DNA from: Eledone cirrhosa
Taxonomy: Eukaryota
Direction: 5' to 3'
Assembly: GCA_964016885.1 (NCBI GenBank)
Contig: OZ024762.1
Coordinates: forward strand, 1,178,001 to 1,242,000
Length of the DNA: 64,000 nucleotides
The notes beneath the pieces were generated by a model. The model was not told where the DNA came from. It saw only the letters and a program-made list of their open reading frames with translations, and ran no database searches. How positions within the stretch are numbered: position 1 is the stretch's first letter; every line of letters starts with the position of its first letter. Shown piece by piece: positions 9,619 through 23,033 of the stretch. Both the position numbers and the translations under genes were made by a program.

Positions 9619-12600
9619 ACCTAATGTACTTTCAAATATATTTTACAAACAGGATCAGTTTGTTGGTTGTTTATTTTTTTTTTTTCATCCCTCTTCTGCA
9701 ATCTGTTTCTGTGAGGCAAGTAAGGAATAAATGGGTTTCGTTCTGTTGACATATGTTGGTCTGTCTACATCAAACATTTGATTTGTTAATCAAGTTTTTA
9801 CACTTGTAGTGTTATTTGTTTTGTTTTTTTTCCGTCAGGCACATCTTTCAATCAACATCTTTAACCCGGCCAGAATTCCCTCACCTCTTTCTGTTCAAAC
9901 TGGCTGTAACCAGCCACTCATACTGTTCACAAAATAATATCAAAATCTCATAGACTTGATATTATGTGAGGTAAAGTCTTTACTGTGAAAATACAATAGT
10001 ATATATAGAGTAATGTAAATGTTATGTGAGGTAAAGCCTTTACTGTGAAAATACAATAGTATATATATAGAGTAATGTAAATGGTAAAGAGTTTAGCAAT
10101 GACTGTTGAATATGCACAATGGTAGATCTCCATGTACGACTGTCGTTCATTATGTTGCCTAGATCCCAGAGCATCAGATAGGGGAGACCATCGTATATTT
10201 CTCTACAAGTCTTATGTGGCCACCATCTTGTTTGGAACCAGACAACAGCAGCAGTATGTAACCTTCATCAAGCATAAGTAGTGAAAGAGTCGCCTGCTGG
10301 GAAGAGAAACTTAACCTCCTATCTGCAATAACAATGGAGCGCATACAAACTATGCTGTATGGGAATGCCTAAACAGATGAAGATCTGGCATTGAACCACA
10401 GACTATGCATCACTTCCTGATATGCCCTCTGCTGCAATAGCCCTGCACAATATTGGACTTGTCAGGGTTTAATGAAAAAGGGACAGCAATGTGTTCAGCT
10501 GTCTAGCTGTGCTTTGTAACTGACACTTGTGGACACAAGAACTACTATAAAGCAGGGTTCCTTGTATTGTAACTTGAATCTTTGGAAGAACTAATGCCAG
10601 ATTCTGCGAAGCTCGTTGCATGTTGACCACACCTGGGCTTTACAGGTGTTGAAATCTATTCCGGGGTCCATTATTCAAGAATTCAGCCCAACCTGGGACA
10701 CAGTCTCACACTTTTCGGAACTTCAGCAATGTTGAACAACCTCATAAAAGGTATGGAATGGACCTGTAACTCCTGATGGAGTCGTAGAGCTGTCATATTG
10801 ACATACTACTTTTATTGGGCATTTTAAGCATATTTCTTCCAGAGAGATGAAGAGTTAACCCAATACAGCACTGGTACTTTTTTTCATCAACGTCAAAAAG
10901 ATGAAAGTGAAAGTTGAACTCAGCCAGAACAAATATCAAAAACCATTCTGACATTCTGCCTTATCCTCATCAGAGACTTCTTGTAAAGTGGCTTCTTTCT
11001 CTCTCACCCAAGAGATTGAAATAACTAATAATTTTAGGTTTACTTAGAATAAGATTCCAGGGGTGACACCTTCAGAAAAAGGTTTTTGACAAAAATGCAG
11101 AAAATAATGTGAGGTCTCGTGGTAAAGTTGTTAGACTTTGGTTCATAATGGTCATGTGTTGTGTTCTTGAGCAAAAGACTTCACATCACATCGTTCCAGC
11201 TGAAAATTAATACCAGCAGCAATAGCTGAGTGTTAAACACTGTGCAGGGGTGAGATAGGTGTTGTACTCTCATTTCATGCCATGGGAACCTGATTTGAGA
11301 CAGGCTTTAGACTTTGTAGTGACTGACTGTTATTACAGTTATCTTCAGTTTTTGGGGCTCCCATTTCAAACGCTACCAGGCCTTCAATAATTAGTACGAT
11401 TTATTTACTCTAATGAAGTACAGTTCTCTTCAACTCTCACCTTCACATCAACAATATGGTCAAAGGACACATTCCGGCACGTGTTGTCACAGACCATGTC
11501 TACTTAATCTACATTAATGTCCCTTTAGCAACGAGCTGGGGACCCACTTATTTACGTTCCAACATAGTGAAAACCACTTAGTTGGCATTGCTATCCTTTC
11601 AGTGCTGGGCCAGGAGCATATATCTCTCGCATTCCAGTTAGGGCATGGTTCCTACAGCTGTATGTCCTTCCTATGAGGCAGTGTGTTCATCATTGCTGTT
11701 TTACGTCCACTCTAACATGACTTAGATGAGTTGTCCTAGTTCAGGTGACCATATCTTGCTCATGCAATACCGATTTTGGCTTGAATACCATTTCTAACAC
11801 CTTTACAGTGAATACTGGGTGCTTTTTGACCCGTCACCATATGCAAATATAGTATGGTATCATGTCGGATTTGTTTCAGATGAGAGGACTAGAAACAAAC
11901 TTCACCCTATCCATGGTATAAGAAACCCATTGAAGTTCGAAAAGACATCTTCCTATCTTTCATAAACTATTCAAAAGCATGATGAGTCTGTTCAGCAGTC
12001 CACAAGAATTAATACTTTAGCATTTAAACCAGCCATGTCTGGCCAGAGTTCTCACCCCTTTCTGTTGAAACTGGTCAACCAGCAACAAAAAAGGGCTCTC
12101 ACTAAATGCAAAGAAAACAATGCATGGATGTTTCCAGAAAGCCTCAGATGACATCACACAACATCAAACAAGTATACTCTTTTAAACTGGTCATATCTGG
12201 TCAGAATTCTCTCACCTCTTTCTGTTCAAACTGGTCATAACCGGCTGCTCATACTGATGTTAAGGTATTCTCAAAATAAATAACATCTAAATTATGTGAG
12301 ATAAAGTGTTTGTGAAAATACAATGGTAAATATAGAGTAATATAAATGCAAAAGGGTTTAACCAGCTGCTCATGCTTGTGTTAAAGTATTGTTCTCAAAT
12401 TTGATATGTGACGTAAAGCTTTTACCATGAAAATATAATAGTATATATAGAGTAATGTAAATGTTAAAGGTTTAAATAATTTATACCTTAACATTAGACG
12501 TGTGATAGAAATAAAGAAAAGAATTTAATGTCAATTTTTCCACACTGGCACGGGTTATACAGGCCTGTGTTTTGCTGTGTATCAATTTGGCCTGACTCTG

Positions 12601-15600
12601 GAATCAATAGCTCATAAGACTCTTGGATTCATTAAATATATGTATGTATATATATAATATGAAATGCAGTGAAGTTGATAATAAATGCTAACAGTGTGGT
12701 TGAGAAAGACTCGATAAAATAAAAATATAGTTTGGTATAACATATAATATAGGGAATTGGAAAATTTAAGTAATATCAGATAATATAAACCATGCAAATA
12801 GTGGTGGGTCCAGTCTTAAAGCAACAGACATGTTTTAGACTTATTAAACCTCTTCAGTGAAGCGTATACTCGTGGTGGGGGTGTAGTAATGCTGAAGATT
12901 AAGGATATATACAATATGGCTGAAGGAAAAACAATACTTCGTTCAACACAGGAAGTCGTGCTGAAATGTAACCATTGCTTCAACCGGAAATAGTTCGTTG
13001 GTGGAACTCAGTTGAAAGGTTTTAGAGGAAACCCTTTCGTCAACTTCATGCACTAGAAGGGAACAGGTTATCCAATTAAAAACAACAGACTTTCTGATAT
13101 TGTCTTGCGACTGGAGTGTGTATTTGTTTCATAAAAATCTCACACACGAGAGGAGGAGATAATTCCAAATGTGAGGCGGTGAATTAAGTTGGAACGTCTG
13201 ATAGAATACGTTGGTGGTATCCGTTCCTACTCACTGCGCTCTTTGAGTTCGAAATCTGCCGAGGTTAACGTCGCCGCTCTTCGTTTTGCGGTAATGGGGT
13301 TAATTCTCCCTCTTCTCTAGAAGACATCGGCCTTGTTCAGACCTGGGGTAAGGATGAACTCCGTTAGTTTTAAGAAGTGCCTAAGCCATGCCTTATTTCA
13401 AGACGGGTTCATCCATCCATTTATATAGACATGAAACGAGGCAATGCTGAATAAATAATGTGTTTCTCGCAGAAGATATTCACGAAAATGCGTCTACGTT
13501 TTGAACCCACGACTCGGGGGAGATAAAATGTCTAAACTAGCTTTGACAAGCATTGGGCAAGAAAGGATAAATTATAAATAAATTAGCAATTAGTGAGATT
13601 TATTTTAAACAATTAAAATATGTTTGTCTCAAGAGACAAACATTATCAAACATGGAATAATAAATTTGTGTGTGAATTTTATTGAATAAATTCAATAAAA
13701 CTGCAAACATTCTCACCATTGTTCAACTTCCGTGCCACACCCGTGATTTTTATATATTTTTAACGTTATCTTCGATTTGGTTTTACCGATGATTTTATAA
13801 AGTTAAATTAATTGAAACTAATTTGAAAACCAACAAAAAATAAAACGAATATAAAAATTAAGGGGTTTATTTCGGTATATTAAAAATGGTCCAACCTTTC
13901 TGGACAATATAAAGGTTTAGTAGGAAGACATTTATGTGCTTAATGGTTTAATTACCTGAGTAACACAACACTTTTTGTTGTTGATGGTTTTACTTTAAAC
14001 AAAGATTAAATTAATTCTTGTTGGAGATGATTATATAATTTCTTGAAAGACAAATAAACAAAAACAAGAGAAAAGAGACGAAAACAAGAGTTTAATGTTT
14101 ATGGCGTTAAAATCTGATTACATTAAATGTGTGAAGAGAGACGAGACGAGATACAATAAAAATATAGGGAAAAGTTTTGTGTTGTTTTTTTTTAATAAGG
14201 AAATTATCAGAAAATATTTCAACTAAGAAGAAAGAAATATTTTTTTAAATGAAAAAAAAAGACAATTTTAAAATTGCCGGAAAAAAAAATTCATTATAAT
14301 CTCAAAAAAAGAAAAATCAAAAAGAAAAAGTCAACGAATGTCTTTAAAATGTTCCCTTAATTCTCCCTAGTTCAGTTATTCTTTGTCGTTTTCATAATTG
14401 AAATTTAAAAAAAAACTTTTCTTTATATATATATTGCATATATTAATCATATATATATATGTTTTTTAATTATATATATGTTAATTTTATCTTTTATTTT
14501 TCTCGGCTCTCAAGATATGAGAAAAAAGCAGAGAAGCCATTATTATCACGAATATATATTATATATATACATTATATATAATAAAGTAAGAAAAGTATAA
14601 AGTATATTTAGACTATATTTGGCGCAATCGTAAGTTGACTAGGCAGCAGAAACTGAAAGGAAAAATAATATAGAAAAGAAAGAAAGAAAGCACGTAAGAA
14701 GAAGAAGAAGCAACAAAATATATAATATAGCAATAAAAAGCTAAAAAAAATACATCTAAATAAAAGAGCACAAAAAAACCATTAAAAAAACTGTGCCAAG
14801 TTAGCTACCACCTCTGCCTAGGCTGGCTGCTACTGTCATTCTAGTTTCTAGTTTAGTTGCCAACCAACCAGCCTTGGTGGAAAGACATTGCTGCCAACCA
14901 TCTCGCTTGCCTTGCTTATATCAAGCTACCTGCCTGGTCGTACATTGCTTCTTGCTAGAGATTCTCTGCTCGTGTTAAGGTGCCCGTTTCTTGTGGGGGG
15001 AACAAAACAACATAACACAGATATTAATTAATATTATATTATATTACAATCAATTATTCATTTCATATAGCGAGAGAAAAAGAAAAGGAAAAATATAATC
15101 CCCCTCATTTATTTTAATTACATCTAGAGTCGGGGTATTTAAAAGAAAGGGGAAAAATACAGAAAGAGAGAAAAAATTAAGAATACTGGGGAAGAAAGAG
15201 AAACAAAAAAAAAAGGCCCGAAACATTAAATACATACGCACACACCACACTTAATTCTTAATTGCGTTTTTTGTTATTAATTATGTTCACAGCACTTTAC
15301 ATATAACTACACATTTTACTTCGACATAATTGTTCCTATCCACACAATTGTATATTTATTTCATTGCTAAAAACAAGCAACTCGATCTTTTCGTGTTTCT
15401 TTTTTTTTTATATTTACAACCTGAAACTAAATTAAGACATTTTTATATTATATATCTATCTATCTATCTATCTATCTCTATATATATATTTATATTTATT
15501 TATCATCTATCAATCTAATGGGTTAATTTATTCGTATCTATGTACATATTTCAGTAATCTATTTTTAACTTATATATACATATTTCGTTCTTAAAGATTT

Positions 15601-16012
15601 GTATTTCGCTCTTATATTAGACATAATTTATAAAACATTTATTTTTATTTATACAGCTCTGTAATTTAATTTTTATTAAGAACATGCTTTAATCCGTTTT
15701 AATTTCGTTTACTGTCTACAGAGCTTTTTTGTTGTATTTTAATTAACACGTCTAGTTACCTTTATAGAAGATAGATTACACGCTTTAATAATTAATTAAT
15801 TGATTAATAATATTTGATATTTATTAGAAAGACAAATGCCAGCGAAATAAAATAATGTATTGTATAATGGCTAGAAATTACGATCTTTGTGGAAGGTAAA
15901 AAAAATATTTCTGTTAGGTTTGTGTTATTTATTTTTTTGTTTAAAAAATCGGATCTATGCAGTGGGGAGGTGCGAGGTAGCTTGGAAAATAGGATTGGCG
16001 CAAAAGTGAGAG

Positions 16013-16238
16013 ATGGACGAAGGCAGGCCAGTTGGTACTAACACTATGGCACCGTCACAAGAATCGGGCACTCGTCAATTTAACTGGCAAGATTGCTACA
16101 AGACTGCCCAGATGGTGCCTTTATTGGATCTGGCCTTGGTTGGTAGTTACAACATACGAAGGCTAGTCACCAACCATGCTAATGCTATAGGCTGCCCATC
16201 CGAATATATATTCCTTCCGTTGCTTTCATGTACAGCCG
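16013..16238 (+). CDS. DUF3987-like P-loop protein, exon 1
   Basis: MDEGRP...ANAIGCPSEYIFLPLLSCTA, donor G|GTAAGT, phase 1, joins in frame to 23034. Confidence 0.8.
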
Positions 16239-19200
16239 GTAAGTAAAAGAAACGTACACCGCACGGTTGTAAAATGGGGGATCTGTTGATATTTATTTCA
16301 TTCATACATTTCGATCACCCACTTTGTGACTGCTGTTTGCTTTCACTCTATATAAATATATATATCTATATATCTCTCTCATGCCAATTTTTTTCTTGCT
16401 ATATTCACACTTTTTACCATGGTAAATTTTCAATATGCACCTGTTAAATTGTATATTGAATAAAAAATGAATAATTATTTATTTGAATCGTAACAAATCA
16501 ATAATTCAAACTCTTTCGACTCATATCACCTAATTAAGAAAAAAAAAACCCAAATATAATTTCAAATAGTTTTATTGTAAATTCAAATATGTTCTAAATA
16601 ATCCTTTATTTATATATATTAAAATATACATTCATGGATGAGTGAATCTATAGAGTGGGCGAAGAAAATAAAATGCTTTTGAGTAGAGATGGGGTCACCT
16701 GCGGCCTTAAGACCACATGAGGCCTCTTATGACATTCAGTGCGGCCTTTTGAAAGAATAGAAAAAATTTCAAACATTTTTCATTTTTATTAATATGCTTT
16801 TGTTTATCTTTTATTATTTTAATTTAAACCATGAAATGAACGCATTTTAGATACCAAAGAGTAAAAGAAAATTCAACGAAATATTCCACATTGACAGCCA
16901 GAATTAACAAAAAAAAATTAGTAAATCTTAAGGGCCATTTCATGTACTTTTCATGTTTTAGATCTAATATAATTCTAGAATCTACATTAAATTCATGTTT
17001 GACTGTGGACACTCACCCGGGGCTGGTTAGTGAGAACACCCAGGGATTTACTAATGATTATCAAAATTTTAAGAATATATAATATATAATTATAGTTTAT
17101 CGAATGCGGCTTTATTACATGACAACTTAATGCCATGAAAAGATTTCCCCATGTCTACTTTTGAAGTATATTTTTAGCCAAGTCCCTGATTAGTTCGACT
17201 ATAGTTTTTTCTTCTTAAAATATTACCATTTTGGTATCAGTCTATACATCTAGTCTACTTCCTGCTCGATAATTTATTGTCGTCTAATCACATGTTTGCT
17301 AACTAATGTTTATCTATTTCTCTATTTAAAACCAAATTATTTGTCAATTCCGTCCAATTTACGAACCCAAAAAGTAAATTAGGTTTTATTTTTTTTTAAT
17401 TTACTACTTCCGGTTTACACTTATTTCCTGTGACGTCACCGCCGCCATTCTTGTCCCTCACCTTCACATTTGTCCACCTTGTTTTAATAAATTTATTAAT
17501 TTTTACTTTATATATGTAAAGAAATAAATATATATATATATATACACGGTGTCCCCCAAAAACGTATACACACTCCAACAGCATTCTGATAAAAGTGTGT
17601 ATACATTTTTTGGTTCACAAGATATATATATATATATTTAAGTACATAGACCACCAGCATCATGTGTACCTGAATAATATATGGTTAGACAATGTATGGG
17701 ACACACACACGCACGTTTTCAGGTGTGAAGAATCGCGGTGGTGTGGGAGACGCGTAGAAATAGCCATTCCAACTGGTGGAGACTCATTCTCCAGTGTGTG
17801 ACGAACCCCGTCCCTTAAGCAGTGAGTAGGGAAGTGTTTCGGTGGACCCACAATTCCAGACGTTCCCACCGCTATAGGGTTGACAAGAGGGTTCATTCCT
17901 GTAGGTGGCTATCTCTGCCCATATAACAGTGAGTTGTGAGGTGGTTCGGCAGACCTGACGACCTCTAAAAATCCAAACGGGGAGATTTTACACAATGAAA
18001 GCTATACCCATTTTTACAAGAGAAGACATCGCTTATCCACCTCAAAGTGGGTGGGAGATCTTCCCGTCAGATGGGGAGAGTTGACAAGTCTGGTTCAGTG
18101 ATCCAGAAGACCAGAAGTCTCCACGATTATAGGATCATTTCGAATCTGGTGACTAACACCGCCCCTATAGTTGTAAATAGGGGAGTGGGATGCTTCAGGG
18201 ACCCACAGCAACAGGCATCTCCAGTGCTATGGGTTTAGCAAGAACCTAATTCACTTCATGATGGTTCATTCCTGCGGGTGGCTAACTCTATTTCGATAAC
18301 AATAAGCCAGTTAACTAAATCGAGGCCCACCTCTGCTGTTAGCCGACACTGCCCTCATAGTTTGGAGGCTCAGAACACCAGAAGTCTCCACAGATATAGG
18401 TTTAGCAAGAAGCCATTTTACTTCACGGCGCTTACCCCTGCAGGAGGCCAACTCTACCCCAATAGCTGTAAGTAGGGAAGAGGTATGGGGACCTAGAATA
18501 CTAGATGTCTCAACCGTTACAGTCTCACCAACAAACCCATCAGAAAGCAGACAATACTTCAACAGCGATCTTCAGCTTGTCAGGTAACAAAACCTGGATC
18601 TGTCACCGACTGTACCTGGTTGCCGCTGAAGATAATTTATATAAGCATCATCATCATCATCGTTTAATGTCCATTTTTCCCACTTGCATGGTTTAGACAA
18701 GTTGTCATGTTATGTGACAACTGAGGTCTGGAGACTACGTCTTGCTCATATAGAACTGTTTCTGGCTAGGTTTCTACAGATGGATGTCCTTCCTAACACC
18801 AACCATGTTACAGTGTGGAATATATATATATAATAGTAGAACACTGGAGCGTTTTAACTGTAGTAGTAGAGCACTCAGTCCATGGGACGAGTTTGGTCCG
18901 GATAAGGTGAAACATTTGTTCTCTGTATGGTGAACTAACTGTTGTGGAACTACTTATATATATATATATATATACAATTGTAATGAATCAAAACATAATA
19001 TGTTAGGATTTTGTGTTTCTCAATAAAGCGGCTCAAGAGACTTCGTCTAGAGCGCCATATTAAACCAAATGAAAAAGATATATATATATATATATAGAGG
19101 GAGAAAGAACCATATCGTAGAGGAAACAGTATATTGTATATATACCAAATACATATTACAGAGAGGAAAGTGTACTCAAGGTGGAATCATTAATGTCCGT

Positions 19201-21049
19201 TTTCTCTATGGTGTGTGGTTCTTTCTTTCTATATATCTTTTACATTTATATATATATATATAATCATCATCGCTGTTTAACATCTATCTTTCCATGTATG
19301 GGGTAGATGGGTTGTCATGTTACGAGACGAGTTAGGTCCAGAGATATGTCTTGCTCATAGAGATCTGTATTTTGGTTTGTTTTCTATGGCTGGGTGCTCT
19401 TCCTAACACCAACCACATTACATTGTGTACAATGTTGTGATTTACAAAAGAATGCATAGCTCGGAGATGAGAGAGTCACTCCAGGTAGAGCTGCTACTTC
19501 TCCGAATTTAGAGATCACAGCTCTGATACTATGGACATGCAGTTAGAATGTCTCAGGAAAGAATCGCTGGACAGATTTTACGGGCAAAACCAACCTCAAG
19601 AGCAAGATGGTTGGATAATATCTATGAGCTTGGCTGGTCATGCTTGGGGGGATCCAGCTGGATCTGTTGAAAACAGTTGCTTCTAACAGGACCCTCTGGA
19701 AGGAGTGTTTGAGGACTCTGGCCTCATGACTTTCTCAGGAATAAGTGGGAGAAGAAGAAGTTAAATCATCAGCCAGTTATAAAGTCATCTGTTATGACCT
19801 GTAGGACAATGATTAACAAAAGACTGAGAACTGAACCCTTGTGGGCTCCTACCTGCACTTCTAATTTGTTTCTAGTCTCATTGCCAACCTTGATTTCGTC
19901 TTTTGGGTCCTTAAACCACCACCTAACTGCTTTTGGGGTGGAGTTGGCCTCCTGCAGGAATAAACCATGTCTTGCTCTTACAGAACTGTTTCTGGCTCGG
20001 TTTCTACAGCTGGATGTCCTTCCTAATGCCAACCACATTTACAGTGTGGACTGGGTGCTTTTTTTGTGACATCTACACAACAACTTTACAGTGTGGACTG
20101 GGTGCTTTTTTTGTGACATCTACACGACCACTTTATAGTGTTTATTATATAAACTAGAATAGTTTAGTTACATCAACCATAGTTCTGGTGATCTACATGA
20201 CAAAAGCACCCTGTTCATGCTATAAAGTAATTGGTGTTAGCAAAGGGTTTTGGAGGACCTTTCAAGTTGTCAACTTCTCCTCTGCACTCGATATGACAGT
20301 ATGCAGACCTCCTCGGCTTGTCTGACTTGGTGGTGTATGTAGACGCGTCTAACTCTTGTTAGCTGAGAAAGCAGACGTTAAATGTTGATGATGATATAGT
20401 TAATTGGTAGTTCTATAATCTATAGTAGTTAACAAGTAGTTATTTTATTAACTATAGTGAACTTCTTGTCGTGTCCACAAGAGTGTCAGTTACAAAGCTT
20501 GGCTAGATGTGGTTCTGCCACAGCTGAACACATTGCTATCCTTTCTCATTAACTCATTAGCATTTACATTATATACACTATTGTATTTTCATGGTAAAGA
20601 CTTTACCTCACATAATTATCTCACATAATATCAAATCTATTTTGAGAACAATACCAGTTACAGCCGGTTTGAACAGAAAGAGGTGAGAGAATTCTGGTCG
20701 GATATGGCCAGTTTAAATGCTAAAGGGTTAAACTCTGCCGAGTCCAATACTGTGCAGGGGTGATATCAGTAGATTCAATGCTACAGTCACACACAACATC
20801 CTCATCCTTTAAATATCCCCATATAAACCAAAGTAATTAACTTGTTATATCAACTATGATAGTTATACTAACTATAGTAATTAACTAGTGATATTATATG
20901 AACTATAATTTTAGTTATTTTATTAACTATAGTAAACTAGTAGTTATTTTATAAACCCCAATAATTAACTTGTTATATCAGCTATAGTTCTTAAGTAGTA
21001 GTTATACTAACTATAGTAGTTAACTGATAGTTATATAAACTATTGAGGA

Positions 21050-21300
21050 AGGTTGCATGGCTTGGTGGTTAGAGCGTTTGGCTTTCAATTGTGAGGTTGT
21101 GAGTTTGATTCTCAGACCAAGTGATGCATTGTGTCCTTGAGCAAGACACTTTATTTCACATTGTTCCAGTTCACTCAGCTGTGACATCACTGGTACCAAG
21201 CTTTATAATATATAGTGTGTATATATATATATATATATATATGAGTTGCGATGTCACTGCTGCCAAGCTGTATCAGCCATTGTCTTTCCCTTAGACAACA
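21050..21300 (+). mobile_element. tRNA-derived SINE, family 2
   Basis: A box TGGCTTGGTGGTTAGAGC, B-box-like GAGTTTGATTC, GTGTCCTTGAGCAAGACACTT core. Copies near 11110, 21535, 25620(-), 48345(-) and 52083. Confidence 0.7.
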
Positions 21301-22271
21301 TCATATATAGTGTATATATATATATTTAGTGTAGATATATAGATATATATATACATAGTGTGTATCTAAATCCCATGGTCATTTGTTGCCAAAGAAAGCC
21401 TTTACCATATATAAAATATTGCAGTTAAGTGGTAGGTTTAACAACTACAGTAGTTAAATGGTAGTTATTATAACGACTATATTACATAATTGTTAGCTAT
21501 ATAAACTATAGTAGTTTAATTATATTATAGTAGGATGCTTGACGTACGATCGTAATGTCGTCGGTCCAATTCCTGGGCAGGCTGCTGTGTTGTGTTCTCG
21601 AGCAAAAACACTTTATTTCACGATGCTTCAGTACACTCAGCTGTAGCTGGGGAGTTAACCCTGCGATAGACTGGCGTCCTATTCAGGGAGAGTCTTGTAC
21701 TCAGTCGCTTATCGCCATGGAAACTGCGGATAAACACCGGCGTGATGAGCCTTCGGTTTAGAACACTTTAACTAATATTGGCCACAGAAAGAGGAATTAT
21801 AAAGAAAAACAATGATTGATTCAAAGACAGTCTATAAACAATTGGATACTGAGACATTATCTCCGATGCTCCACTGATTCTTTAATCATCCTATGTAAAT
21901 ATTTAGTATTTTCTTCTGCCTTGACTTCCTCTGAGTGGGTCACAAGGGCAGAGTCCTCAGACATAACACACCATCCATAGGGTCCTACCAGAAACAACGG
22001 TCCCCTCGTAAGATCTTTCAAGCTCATGAGTGTTATCCAACCATCTTGCTCGTGGTTTACCTCTGGGTTTTCTGTTGGTTAGCTTTGCCTGTGAAACATT
22101 TCCAGCGATTCTTTCTGTGGACTTTCTAACGACATGTCTGTAATATTGGAGCTGTGATCTCTTGATTCGGAGAAGTAGCAGCTCTACCTGGAATAACTAG
22201 TAGTTATATCTCCGAGCTATTCACTCTATTGACTAACGTTACTCCAATGACTCTTCCGAGTATTAATTAGC

Positions 22272-22438
22272 GTATTTCCCGGTGTTGAAGATGCTGCTTT
22301 TTTCCTAAAATAATTCTCAAAAGTCTACCATGCCTCCTGGAGGCGGACGGTTGTTTATTATTTTTTTCAAATTTTTGGTTGTCAAAATTAGGGTGCATCC
22401 TTAAGGATGCAGCGTCTTCGGCGCTGGGAAATACGGTA
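22272..22438. mobile_element. Tc2/pogo-like MITE
   Basis: TIRs CGTATTTCCCGGTGTTGAAGATGCTGC / GCAGCGTCTTCGGCGCTGGGAAATACG. Confidence 0.6.
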
Positions 22439-22493
22439 GTTTTGATCCATTGAAATGTTTTCCTACAGTCTAATTGCCTGAATTACCAACATT

Positions 22494-22703
22494 TTACACC
22501 GTATTTAAGCAAATTAGTTGGGATTTTAAAAAACCCTCAGAATGGAATAGAGGGTGGGTGGTGTAAATGGTTAGTATATTCGCTTAGCAAACAAAAGATG
22601 TGGGTTTGTGTCCCATGTACATCAATACTCATCCTTTTTTCCATTCAGAGGGTTTTTTAAATTCCAACTAACAGACTAATTTATTTAATCAAATACGGCG
22701 TAA
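22494..22703. mobile_element. TIR element enclosing a tRNA-like sequence
   Basis: Outer IR TTACACCGTATTT/AAATACGGCGTAA, inner 33-bp IR 22514-22547/22639-22671, degenerate tRNA-like core about 22553-22624. Confidence 0.55.
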
Positions 22704-23033
22704 GCACATGTTACTACCTAATTTTCAAATCTTTGCTGTTTATAAACAAAGCCTGCTTTGTATCTTTCTCTATATATATCTCTCTAGGGCGGGTAAAATT
22801 CCCGAGATCCATGGACGAGTTCTCTCCAGCAGTCTCTGTCCCTCATTATTGCTGCCATGTCCTGCATCTCCAACAGACCAGTGTCTGTCCTTAGGGCAAC
22901 AACATACATTAACCTTGGTCTTCCTCTTCCAGCGTGTCCATGCAGGGGCTCCCACAGAACCATGGAGAGTCTATATATATATCGACCATTTTATTTTTTT
23001 ATTTACTTATTTTTGATTTTGCTCTTTCCGCAG

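Noticed and set aside
12886-12978. Further hammerhead-like matches (12892 +, 27720 -, 28767 -, 29350 -, 44385 -)
   Set aside because: Each lacks a core element or a credible stem. Possibly decayed members but not counted.
22934-23033. ORF-track start MSMQGL... for the 659-aa ORF
   Set aside because: Runs through a repeat and the polypyrimidine tract. The true N-terminus is spliced from 16013-16238.
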